This document shows, piece by piece, positions 48,275 through 60,730 of a stretch of 64,000 nt of DNA (its first letter is position 1; each line of letters starts with the position of its first letter). The stretch covers positions 75,270,001-75,334,000 of the forward strand of contig CM052817.1 of assembly GCA_028534125.1 (NCBI GenBank), given 5' to 3'. The position numbers and the translations under genes are program-made. The notes beneath the pieces were generated by a model that was given only the letters and a program-made list of their open reading frames with translations, had not been told where the DNA came from and ran no database searches. This stretch comes from Lama glama (taxonomy: Eukaryota).

Positions 48275-51200
48275 TATATTTACTATAATTTCATATAATC
48301 CACCCTTGGTGAACTTCTCACTTTCATTTCTTACCATTCTGTGCCTCTCTTGATACATTGAAGGCATTGTAATCTCCTTGTTGTTCTTTGAAAATGTGGA
48401 TTTCATTCAAATGGCAGGGACCTCACAGCACCCGTTCCTTCTTCCTTGAAGAGGAAATCTCAAAGATGCCTGCCTCAAATTCTCCTATCTATTAATTTCA
48501 TTTGCTCAAATGTCCTGTTTTCAAGAACCTATGTAATATAATCTGTAACTATAATTTTCTTACCCTGCCTTACTTTCTTCATAAAATATATGTACTTGCT
48601 TATTTTATTATTGTCTGAGACCTTCATAAGAATTTAAGCACCATCAAGGCAGAGATTAATATATTTTGATTCACCTCAGTGTTCTTAGCATCTACAAAAG
48701 TGACTGCTAGAGAACAAGCACACAAATATTTCTTACATAAGTGGATGTATGTTTTTCATGTTCAGCTCTACGTTAGGTATTTCACATTTGATATCACATT
48801 TAATCTTCAAGGCTCTTAGAAATTAGAGTGAATACAGTACAGTGCTTCTCATTAAATACTCTTCAATCTAATTTCTGTATGTAATAAAGTAATGCATAAT
48901 TTAAATATTCAATAATTGAGTCATGAAAATCACGTATATATCTCTATATATATCTCTCTATATATATATCTTCCTATAATTAAATAATATACATTGATTG
49001 GTTTTATGTAACTAAAATTACCTTTTCACACTCTCCAAATAAGGTATGACTTTCATCAAAATTTTCATTGGAATAAAATTTTCAGAAGCAATAGTTTCTT
49101 TTGCTTTGTTTGGGTAGAAGTTTTTCCATATGTTTCTCATAGAAGTAGTAATTTCATTTAAAATCACAGATGGGATATTGGGATAGAAATTTGAACAACT
49201 GAGGACAGACATTACCTAAAATGTCTTACGTCATTTTACTGGTGCCACTTACTTTCTTTGAGAAAGAATGCTTCTTCTAAAATATCTGTAAGTAAGGCAT
49301 GAATGCAAGCTATTTTCACTTTCTATTGCTTTTTAAAATAATAATCATTCTCTTGTAAAGCCAGATACACTGAGTGACAGAATACAACCCAACATTAGTT
49401 TAAAAAGTCATATTTTAATAGTTATAAACACTAATGTTATCATTATCTCCCTAGCCAATCAATGAGGTAATTAGGTACCGTGGAACAAAGGAAGGAAAAA
49501 ATAAAAATTAAAAGATTGCTTTATCATATAGAGTAGAGCAAAGGCTATATAAAGAAAAGTAATCATACCTCCTGATGGCATATCATTGAATATCTGAATC
49601 TGCTCAGCATTTATATTTATAATTACCACATAAGATATCAAATAGGTCTAACTTATAAATTCCTGGATTTCTGCTGTCTGGTAAAAGTAAGAGTAAAACA
49701 ACACTTAAATTTGTGATTTGCTTAATAAATAGTTTCGTTCTTTTCAGTTTTTACATATTTGCTTTTCCTATTATATTACGAATCCTCATTAGTCTGCATG
49801 TTCTGTCTCTGTTCCTCAGATGAATGACCGTCATCAATGAATGGGTCTCTGCTGAAGAGGCATCACAATTGAATGCATAATCAAAAACCATGAAGAAAAA
49901 TTTCATTCAGAAGGAAGACCAAAGTGAGTCAGGGCAACAGCATGAGCCATTTCAGGGCTTCTAAAAGCACAGGTTCTCTGTGAACTTTTCATTTTAATTT
50001 TCTGTAAATGACTTACTTTAAGCAGCAGACTCTTACACATGACATCTTTTCCAAAAAAGCAGAAATGAGAGTATGCTTGAAATTATCAACTAAAAGTTGA
50101 AATCAAATGGCAATAGCCATGATGGAAAAGTGAGAAACAGTGAGAAAAAGAAGTAGAGCTGTCGATTTGCGTGCATGACTAACTGGTTATCAAGATAGTA
50201 AAATACTTCGTTGCTATAGCAAAGGAGCAGCAAAATGGACATTTTGAGATTAACTCAGCAGGTGCAGGAACCAGTCAATGCCTTCCAGCGGCTGCTCTGT
50301 ACATGTCATTGGGAACTGATGTTAACTTCACAAACACACCTGATCGAGGAATGGAGCCAAGGGAATGAATACTCGGCCACTTATTTATTCAGTTGTTTCT
50401 TTTCTCCCATTGCCTCTTTAAGTAAAAACCAAATTTCTTACAGAAGCATTTCAGACTGCATTGCTTAATTCTCTAATACTTAGCTGTGGCCTCACCAGGT
50501 ACTTGGCTTACTTATTAATAACAATGGCTATGATATCGTTCTGAAAAGAAAAATAAAAAATAACTCTGACATAGTCTTTCTTGTTTGGATTTCATTTTCC
50601 AATAAGGAAAGTTGAGTTGTTCATTACCAACTTCCATCAATCTTGAGGATATCACAAATATATAAAAATCATGTAATAGATTAATAAGAATTGAAATGAA
50701 GGTAAACTTAGTATATTTACTTGAAACTTTTAAACTTTTCCTTTCTCTTTTTTCCTCTTTTCTTCTTTTTACTCTATGGCTATTCTTCTCTCATTACTTT
50801 TTTTCCCTTTATCCAATCCTGTTCTCCCAAACATTTCATTCCTTTGTTTTCTTACAGTGGTGAGGGTGATAGTGGTCACAGAACAGACGATTGGGACTTA
50901 GATGTGGGCTGAGGGATGGCTAGGGAAATGAGACAATCAATGATGTTTGCTTATGCCATCTTCTGAATATTCCCTCATATTAGACATGCTGAAAGTACTG
51001 ACCTGAATATTCTAATGGTTTAAGAGGAAGGTTAGTATTTACACTGAGAAAATTCTAATAGAATTAGAAAAGATGGAAAATATATAAAGGCACTATGATA
51101 ATGAAATATTTCATTAATAAAAAGTTTTATAAAAAGCATGACAAAATTAAGTGAGCATACCTGTGCCAAATATATACGATTTAATTAATTTAATTCTTTG

Positions 51201-51698
51201 GTTCAGTTCACCAACTTAGATAAGGAACATAAAAATATGAAAATAAATACCACTGTAGCAATTTAAATAATTACACACAATTTTAAAAGAAAATACATTC
51301 TCTTTATATTATTGCCTTGGTAACACACTAAACTCAAATATTAAAGGCTATATTTAACATTTCCTTGTAAGGGTCATAAATACAATTATTTTCCTAAAAT
51401 TACTATTGATTATATAAAATCATTTTATGAAAGGTCATTTCAAATTGATCATTCTCATTATTCAAAAGCTTATTATTTTGATTTGAATTGAAATGAACTT
51501 TTTTTTATAATGGCATACATAGAATGTTACATTATATATTATTAAATCTCACTTTTGTATTCAAGAAATATTGAAAAAATTAGTATTTGTAAGCTTAAAA
51601 AGAATCTGTCAAATATATTAATTAATCCAAATCTTGCTCCCTAAAGTTTTCAAGTAATTTGTATCCAAGGGTATTTGAAATTTTCTTTATGTCAGAAA

Positions 51699-52162
51699 TG
51701 TGGCAGAGATTACTAATTACTGATTCAAGATCCATTCTCTCCTTTTACTTTAGTAACAAAAAGAGTATGTTGATAGAAGCAAGAATATATGAATAAATTC
51801 AGCTATAAAAAACTCCTTCATTTCTTGTCTTCCCTTTGCAAAAACGAGTACTCAGAACGTATACTGCAAAGCCATCGAGTGGAACTTTGAGGAAAGCTGG
51901 CACATTCCCTACTTTCCCCTTCTCTTGTTCCTGAGTATGAGTAGTAATTAGTGGTTGGTATTCTAGTAACAATCTTGTTGAGCAGAAGGTAATCAGTAAG
52001 TACTAAAAATGGCATTGACAGATGGAAGAATCCTAGCACCTATTAGGGACATTGTTGAGATACACAACCCGCTCTGAGCTACCTGCATAAAACTTTAGCT
52101 ATAGTTTAAAGCACTTTTATTTCAGGTCAATTTTCCTAGAAGCCAACACTATCACTGATACA
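51699..52162 (+). mobile_element. Old MaLR LTR (MLT1J-like)
   Basis: tgtggcagagattactaattac...atccattctctcctt start. 3' end tttaaagcacttttatttcaggtc...ctgataca. Confidence 0.7.
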
Positions 52163-54454
52163 CTACAAACATTTCAATTCCAACTACACTTCCAGGTGTT
52201 TATTTTTCCATTTGTGTTCCAAGGGACAGAAGTTCAGTAAACTTGACTATGTTGTGCTGATGACTGTCTCCTACCCCTGCTCTGACTAAATAGGTCTTCT
52301 CAGAGTTCCATGTAGGTAACATAGGTATCAGGTTGTGAAAATTTCAGTGATGGAGAGTGGAGGCTGCAGGAGTTACAGACAGACTTGGTGTTACTGATTT
52401 GAACTTGAAATTAAAATATGTATTAATGGATACAAAGTCCAACATGCACACAAATAATCACACTGAGATTAACATGATTTTTTTTAAGATTTAAAAGACT
52501 ATTTCTCTGTGGAGGTTATTTTCTGATAAACGTTATAGTATTCTTCATTGTTGCCTAAAAGCTTGCTATGTTTCTTTATTGTTAGTTTTTAAGGAAAAAA
52601 AAAACAGATTTATACTTTGAAAATTTTAAATGTTCTCTTTTAGGTTTAAGGGTACATATTTATAGGACAAACCTTGGTGTTTGTATGTTGTACACATGGG
52701 AAAATGTAAGAAATAACAATGAGATAAGAAATCTGCATGTATTTGAGAACAGACTGTTATTCCAGGGATACTCTCCTGGTAAATTTCCTATTTCTGTTTG
52801 TCTTTCATATGTAAGATTATCTGTCTGCATATAAGCTGCAACCACTGGTCTCAGTTCTACTGTCTGGAGACTATAGAAATACATAGTTCTCCATCCAGCT
52901 GATGTATCATCCAATATTTGATGACAGTTAATATTTAAACCTGAGTTCTTTTCTCTCTTTAAATCACTCCATAAAATGTGTTTTCAAATGTCATTAACTG
53001 TTATTTATGGAATTTATGATAATAATAATGTTGATTGCAAGGAAATGAGAAGACTTTATAGAAATGAATACAGAGGTATATAGGAATAAAATTACATAAT
53101 AAGTGATAACTTTGTTTCAACTTATCCACATAAAAAGCATTGAATAAATAAACATATATGACAAAATCTTAATAATTGTTTAATCTAGATCATGGCCATA
53201 TGGGGGTTTATTGAACTATTCTATCTTTTAATACCTTAGAAAATGCTTTCTTTTTAATCGAAAATTGAGATTGCATTGGAAATAATGACAGAGTTCAAGC
53301 ATCAGCAAATCATTAAAGATAAGGTTTCTTAAATTAAAAAGAGTAAATATTAACAAAACATCATAATTTTGATGTTCTAAAATTTGATATCTTTCTTATG
53401 TAACTTAAGTTATTTATGTTTTTACGTTTAACATCATCTTATGACTCAGAGAACTTTATACAATACTGCAGATTTAACCTGACCAGTAAAGTGGACCTGG
53501 TCAGAGGCATGATACAATTAGCATCCTGTTTTCTGTGCTATATTCCTGTTAAAGGAGCCAAAACCTATCAGTTTTTGACACATTCCTCGCACTAACAATT
53601 CATAGCACACTTTAATAAATTATCTTCTGTATGATATAAACATGGATAGATAGACATATACAGACATGTACAGATATAATGTGCTGCTAAGTACTTTAGT
53701 TTCCATTTCCATAGGGACTATTTAGAATGATGTCTTTGTGTAGGTAAGTTCTTTATCTCTAAACTCAGTATTTAATTATTTTTGCTGAAACAGCCCACTG
53801 TTTCAGCTTTTTAGGATCATTTTGAATTCTAATACTTTCATCAAAATAATTTACTGTTGTTCTTAGCTCCTTAAGTTCAGAAAATCTTGTAGATGTGACT
53901 TCTTTGGTCTCTTCCAAGTTTTATATATGAAAGTATAAAGTGTGCTAAGTGCTGTTTAAATTTAATTCATTACTATTACTAATAGGCTCAATTATTTAAA
54001 AAAATGACAAAGACCTGGCCAACAAAAGAGCTATCTAAATTAGCAATGCTTATCAAGTATTATCTCTAAAATATTATGAATAATTTCATAAATAGGTATA
54101 ATTAATGAAAGTTTCTGCTCAGTCCTTTTGTTTTCCACCTTCTCTACCACATGTAGTTTATAATTTCTGTGAATTTCTTTGTTTTACTACCACGTTTCTC
54201 TATCACTTAACACTAAACTACATATATATAACTGTATATATAATATATACACACATATGTATATATATGCATACATATACATACCGAATTCCTTTCCATG
54301 TTTTAATATTCATATGTCTAATTGTAGCTTCTATGGTTTCCTGAAGCTGACTTTAAAATTTTTTTCTATTAAAGTATTTCCTACATATAATGTGTAACAG
54401 CAATGATCTCTCATCACCAATTTACTACTACTCACACTGAGCATCTGTCTCACT

Positions 54455-54715
54455 AGCCACAGAGACTAGTGGCACGCTGCTTTGAAGAGACCAACCAATG
54501 TCTTGGTGACAAATTGGTAATAGTGCACCCCTTCCAACCTGGAAATAACAACATTTCATTCTAATAGTGTTTACATGTATTCCAGTTATAAGTTTGCCTC
54601 TCCTGTCCACAGACTTCACCCAGCATCACTATCAGAGGCTCACAGAAGTCTCATTCACGAGAGTGTGATTCTGCCTAACATGCCTCAGACTTAGAGACCT
54701 ACTTTATGGAAAATG
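54455..54715 (+). mobile_element. Degraded ERVL/MaLR-internal pol (integrase core) fragment
   Basis: Stitched translation GTLL*RDQPMSW*QIGNSAPLPTWK*QHFILI..MYSSYKFASPV..SITIRG..TE.LIH....PNM.SDLETYF resembles my recollection of ERVL integrase (GDQPATWWQVDYIGPLPSWKGQRFVL..DTYSGYGFAFP..TTIRGLTECLIH..SDQGTHF). Confidence 0.75.
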
Positions 54716-55704
54716 AATGGTTTGCTCATTCTCTGACTGTACAGTAAAAGGAGCAGTATGGTTTGGAAGAGCTAACCCTGGGCAGTCCCATCACTCTAAA
54801 CTCTCCAACCTCACTGGTATGAGTTCAATTTCTGTCTCTCCCAGGAATCTGACCACTGATAGACTGGTCTACCTTATCCAGTTGTTGGTCTAATCATGCA
54901 CATTCTCCTCGCTAATGTGATCTTAAACTTTCCTACTAAAAGTGGCTGTTCTTCCCCACTGAATCATTTCTCCTCTTGGGATTGGTTTTAAGTATTTGTT
55001 GAATGAATACATTATTACCACCCACAGTATTCCTTTTCTAATTTAGCCTGAAGTCTGTTCATATAACCTTTATAAATAATTGCCTTCTTCCTATAGTTCT
55101 TCTATGTACATAATTTTATGCTATTATTTAATTTGTTAAATCTAATATTCTCTCCTGGCTTTCATAATCTGGGATAATATGATTTTGCTATACTTGAGCA
55201 ATGATATTTTCCAGTATTTCTCAGACACCTAAAGCAAGCTTCAGTGCAGGTAAATTTTTACCAGTGGGATTCCCAGGACTTTACTCATTCTATTCAGTCT
55301 TTGTTTATGATTGACTACCATGTATCTTCTGCTACAAAGCCTTTTCTAGTTAAGGCCACATATTTTTCCCTCTCTGAAGTATACAGCATTTTAAAACAAT
55401 AATGCAATTATTTCAATTATTTCATGCCTTATTTTCCCTTATTTTCTAATTTATTTTTAAATAAATATTCATATCTGTGTGGGTGTATGTATGGATATGT
55501 GTATTTGTGTGTATATTTCCTTTTCTTATATCCCTCATAAATCTTAGAAATGCTGAGTGTGAAGTAGGCACTCAGACTGAATGCCTTATAGTTAACTGGC
55601 TGATTTATCATTCTGGACTTCCTCTTTTTATTTGAAAATCAGAGATAGAAATAGTTGGTTTTATTTCAGATTTATTTTAGGAAATAGCTGTGGCCAGATT
55701 CTTT

Positions 55705-55960
55705 GTAATAATGGTCACATGATATGGAATCAGATAGCCTGATTTAGAATCTCTATTTTGTGGTTATTAACTGTGCAACCTTAAGCAAGTTACCCTCTCT
55801 AATTCTCCGTTACCTTATCTTTATGATACAACTCATAGATCATCATCACATCATCAATGCCAAACATAATAATTATATTTATAGAGCACTACCTATGTGC
55901 CAGAAAATATCCTAAGAATACTTAAGATAAGAAGCATATAAATGAATTTTAATAAAGTTA
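55705..55960 (+). mobile_element. MIR SINE fragment(s)
   Basis: atggaatcagatagcctgatttagaatctc...ttaactgtgcaaccttaagcaagtta. Confidence 0.65.
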
Positions 55961-57149
55961 GTAGCCAATGGAAGTTTTAAGTATGGAATGATTTATTGAG
56001 AAATCATGAGGCTCTGCTTTCAGGTCATACTGGTATTCTATCAGAATTCATAGCAAATCAATAGATAAGAATAATCTATATTATTCAGAGTCCATTTCTT
56101 ATCAAGAACCAGAACAGTGGATCAGAATTAAAATACTGGTCAGTGAAACTGGACACTCTCATTATATGACTCCAATAGTCTAGTATAAGCTACTGTAGGA
56201 TGAGACAAGTTCATATTATTCAAAGACTCACTATTTAAAAAGGAAAATAGAAAAATAAGTACTTTTCAACATTGACCAAACCCTTTCTTTATATTAACTA
56301 CAATTTGGTAAATATATTTGTGCTATAGTAAATAGTTAGAAATCTTAACAGAGGATTTTACCAGTAAGGATTTATAGAGTACATTTTTTCAGGCTTTAAA
56401 ATGATTCCTGAAACAGTATACTAATTTATTTGAGAATATAATATTTATCAAAAGTTGATTATAGGAGTCTATTAAAAAAGTAAGTTAAGAGGAAAGCATA
56501 AAATAGGGTGCTCGCAATTAACTGTTAAATGCCTAGCATACAATAGCAATTAACTCTGAATAATGAGATGCTGAATGTCTTACTCAACTTGATATGCCTT
56601 TGGTATTGCATTTACAGTGCATTTTAATTGCATCAGGTTTTGCCTCCCATGCATTTGTTCGCACTCAACATGAGGCATGAGGAAAAGAAAACCACAAACA
56701 TTTCCATCGGTACCTGAAGGTTTCTGATGGGAAAACATTTAGAAAATAATTTTAAGTAGATGCAACAAGTTAATGCTAAAATCAATAGCTGTATTTTTAT
56801 TCTTAAGTAAGGTCATCATGAAATGGCACAGTATCACAGGCAATTACAAAATATTCTAAATATCTAGAATCTCCAGCATTCCTAGGAAGAGTTTATTGGT
56901 TATCAGAGAGCTGTATCACAAGTGAGAGATTTATAAGTAGAAAAACACACCAAATAATCAGTATCCTAGCCTTGACTTAACTACAAAATTGAGGAAAATG
57001 TCTAAAGCAAAACAATATCAACAACAATTTTATGAAAAAGTGCTGACTAGGATATTAAAATGAAATTAAAAACATTAGTAGGTAAAATAAAAGTTCATCA
57101 CTGTCAGAAGGGCTTATAGACTTGTCTATAATAAAAATTAATTAAAAAA

Positions 57150-58100
57150 TAAAAGACTGGCATCCAGATTGGAGGGAAAAGTAACACTCTATTCACAAAA
57201 TATTATAGACAGAAAATCCTAAGGAATCCACTAGAAAACTATTATATCTAATAACTGAGTTCAGCAAGATTGAAAGACACAAAATTAACACAAGAAGCCA
57301 TTTTGTTTCTATATATTGGCAGTTACCAATTTGAAAATAAAATTAAGAAAACAATTACATTCACAAGAGTGTCAAAATAATAAAATTCTTAGGAATACAT
57401 TTAACAAAAGAGGCGTAAAATATATACTCTGAAAACTACAGAAGATTGTTGAAAAAAATTAAAGATCTAAATAATGAAAAAAAGTTCCATGTTCACGGAC
57501 TGGAAGACTTAAAACTGTTAAAGCGATAATACCCCCTAAACTGATCTATAGATTCAACATAATCTCTAACAGAATCCCAGATGACTATGTAGAAATTAAT
57601 GAGGTTGATCTAAAATCCATATGGAAATGTAAGGCAGCCAGAATCGTCAAAATAATCCTGAAAAATAAGGACAAAGTAGAAGGACTCACATTTCCAGATT
57701 TGAAAACTTACTACAAAGCAAGAATAATCAAGAGACTGTGATACAAGGATAGACATACAGATCAATGGAATAGAACTGAGAGTCCAGAAATAAACCCATA
57801 CATCCTTGGTCAACTGATTTCCAACAAGGATACCAAAACCAACCAGTCAGGGAAAAAACAGCCTTTCAACAAATGGTGTTGGGTCAACTAAATAATCACA
57901 AGCCAAAAAATGAAATCAGATCCTTATCTCACAACATCTATAAAAATTAACTCAAAATGTATCAAAGACTAAATGCAAGAACTGACATTCTAAAATTCTA
58001 AGAAAGGAAACTTTAAAGTAAGTCTTATTTTGAGCTAAGGAAGGAAGTTATTTTAATATACACTGAAAGCAAAAAAAAAAAACAGGAAAAAGAAAACATC
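57150..58100 (+). mobile_element. Old L1 (L1MB-like) ORF2 internal fragment
   Basis: ggcatccagattgg...gaaaatcctaaggaatccac...gagttcagcaag...gatcaatggaatagaactgagagtccagaaataaaccc...caacaaatggtgttggg. Truncated at both ends. Confidence 0.85.
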
Positions 58101-58809
58101 TGTATCATTAAAACAACTTTTAAAATTTGAATTATAACCAATTCTATTAGGTGTTATGTCAGATTATTTAACTTAATGCTTCAACACACTTTTTCTTTTC
58201 TCCCCCTCCCTTCAGTTTTGTATATAGCATGTATAGGAAGTATCTGTGACCACCTGAACTTCCACAGTAAATGGAGAATGAGATAGAGAACCAGTATTCT
58301 AATACATTCTTTATAAACTAGATGCTTAAAAAATAATATATTTGGGGAAAAAAAGATAGAGTAACATTTTCCAGGTCACACATGATATGGTATATGAAGA
58401 TATCCTTTGATATCAGACATTCTGTTCATAAATTCTTTGTCTTTGTCTAATTAACTTTATGACCTTAAATCATTCACACTCTGTTTCAGACTTTTTATAG
58501 GTCAAATTAGGCTAACTTCTATATCATATAATAGTTGTGCAAACTGAGCTCATTTTGATACCTTACATAAAACTTATCACATGTCTCTGTACCTGGGAAA
58601 TGTTTAAGGAAAAAGTAGAATTGTTTTATTAATGTGATATGTTGGCATTTTGTTTGTATTTAATTCAAAACAAAACAAAAATACAGCAAATGAACATCCA
58701 CCCAGCATCCCAAGAATCTAGTACCAAATACAAACATTGCAAGTTTACCAGAAACGCAAGCTGAAACTTGCTCTGAAATGAAGTTTAACTCTCTTTTTTC
58801 AGTTTTATT

Positions 58810-59066
58810 CATGTATTATTCATAAGTAAAATTTTATATATTTAAAGTGTACAATGTGATGATTAAAAAAATAGGTATATTATTACCACAATCAGATTAA
58901 TTTAACACATCCATTACCTCTCATACTTAAATGTACACACATGTATGTGTGTTGAGAGTGTTCAAGACCCCACCTGAGTAAATTTCAAGTACACAATACA
59001 GTACTATTAAGTGTAGTTAGTGTGTTGTGCATTAGATTCCTAGAGTTTATTCATAGTATAACTGAA
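58810..59066 (-). mobile_element. L1MA-type 3'UTR end fragment
   Basis: tatatttaaagtgtacaatgtgatgat...ttaacacatccattacctc...aaatttcaagtacacaatacagtactattaa...ttcatagtataactgaa. Confidence 0.8.
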
Positions 59067-60524
59067 GGAAGACAAGGAGAATTTTAAAAGGTCAAAGAAA
59101 TTTAACTCCCAACAAAAATCCTCAAAGCTTCCTGCAGCTCTCTTAAAACTACAAGCATGGCAGGGTGAAATGGCAGCTGTTAAAATAAAATCCTGAGAAG
59201 TTTCATTGTATAGTGAAGAGTGATGTTAAAGGAATAGTGATGTTAAAGGCTTAGTTAGTAGGACATTTATTGGAAATTATGATGGATGTTAAAACAAGTA
59301 TAGATGTAAAATATATGTATACATGATAGCATGGAATAAACACTTATATATACATATGTGCAAACTTCCTGTAATTAATAACAAGAAACAAGGCAGAGTA
59401 ATGTGACTGTTTCAAGAAGCTTTCAAAAGCAGATTTCAACCAGAAATGGTTATTTGAGATGACTCTCTATACCTCATATGAGATCAGCCTAACACTAATT
59501 CAAGTCCTATTGTCTTACTGATAAGAACAAATAGACTATAAACTTGATCTATAAGTTATGTAATAATCAAATATGAATTTTGGTTTTCTATGCTATGGTA
59601 ATAAAGGTGTGTTGAATTTAGAAGGTTCTAGAACAGAAAGAAAGGCTGATGTGGTGACAATTTGCCAGGGGTATAAATAATCATGTTGTCACTTTAGAAA
59701 GAGTTCTTCAATGCTTTATTTGTTGTTATGGTGTATTTGGCTTATGTCTCTTATTTACCTTTTTATGATTATTAAGATCTGTTTTTATGGAGACAAATTA
59801 AAGCAACTGTTTTTTTGTTTGTTTTTGCTTTTTTTTTTTAGCTACTTCTGTAGGCCTTTGTTTTGCAAATAGTGATTAAGTACACTTATCCTTCTCATTG
59901 TATAAAGCAGCTACAATTATATAAAATAGAATAGAGCTTTGTCTTCCCCTATAGCACGTTTAACTAATATATTAGTTTCTATTTTTGATGTTTATGCCTC
60001 AAATATAAGTGTGCTATGTATTCACAGTAGCCACACATCAGTTAAAACAAAAAATACAATTCCTAAAAAAGTTACTTTTCTTGTATATGAAACTCATTAA
60101 ATATTACTTATTTTACTAAATTGCTCTTTCTCTGCCTAAATTAACTACGGGTTTTTTTTAAATTATTATTTCTTAAGCATTCTCATTGCTTAAATTTTAT
60201 TTCTTCCATATATTTTTCTGTTGGTCTACTTAATAAAGAGGTAAGTACTCAGGCATTAATGTTTTCAAAAAGTTCTTTGTAGCAGTGGGTTAAAATATTT
60301 TTATCTTTATATTTGTGACAATTGGGTAAGAGTCAAAAATCAAGAAAGTTTTCTATGCTGAGAAGCTAATCAGATAATGTTTTCTTTTATGATTTCTAAT
60401 CAAGGAGTTTTCTTATTTATGAATTTAAGAATAAGGCATCTTTGGAGATAACTTTCAGAAGGGAAAACTTCTCTTTGAAATAATATCATTGACATTGATA
60501 TGCCTTGGATGCTTACAAGGTGTT

Positions 60525-60730
60525 GGGAATTGTCTAAACACTTTAAATGTGTATCTTATTTAAGTTCCATTGTATTTCTGTCAAACATAAGCTTAAGAAA
60601 TTGAGAGAGAGGGAGGAGAGAGAGAGAATTTAAGAAAGTTCCACAAGGTTACACAACTACTAAATACCAGAACAGGAATTCAAACTCATGCATTTGGATA
60701 CCAGAGCTTGAACTCCTGATCACTGACCTG
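60525..60730 (-). mobile_element. MIR SINE
   Basis: caaggttacacaactactaaataccagaacaggaattcaaactcatgcatttggataccagagct. Confidence 0.65.

Larger units (their letters stand above)
47190..48750. mobile_element. L2 fragments interrupted by the MLT1 LTR at 47782-48274
   Basis: L2-type tracts ccaagtccaagtgcccatcacctc, cttctctgcttccactgttgttccc, gctcaaatgtcctgttttcaag and 3' end gcaccatcaaggcagagatt...tgattcacctcagtgttcttagcatcta. Confidence 0.65.

Noticed and set aside
49022..49215. Minus-strand AG...GT-bounded 194-nt open frame
   Set aside because: Almost no polypyrimidine tract, unrecognised peptide and AT-rich codons.
56698..56735. Imperfect hairpin (tttccatcggtacc...ggtttctgatgggaaa) as a miRNA or structured RNA
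   Set aside because: The stem is too short and mismatched for a pre-miRNA, and I recognise no family.
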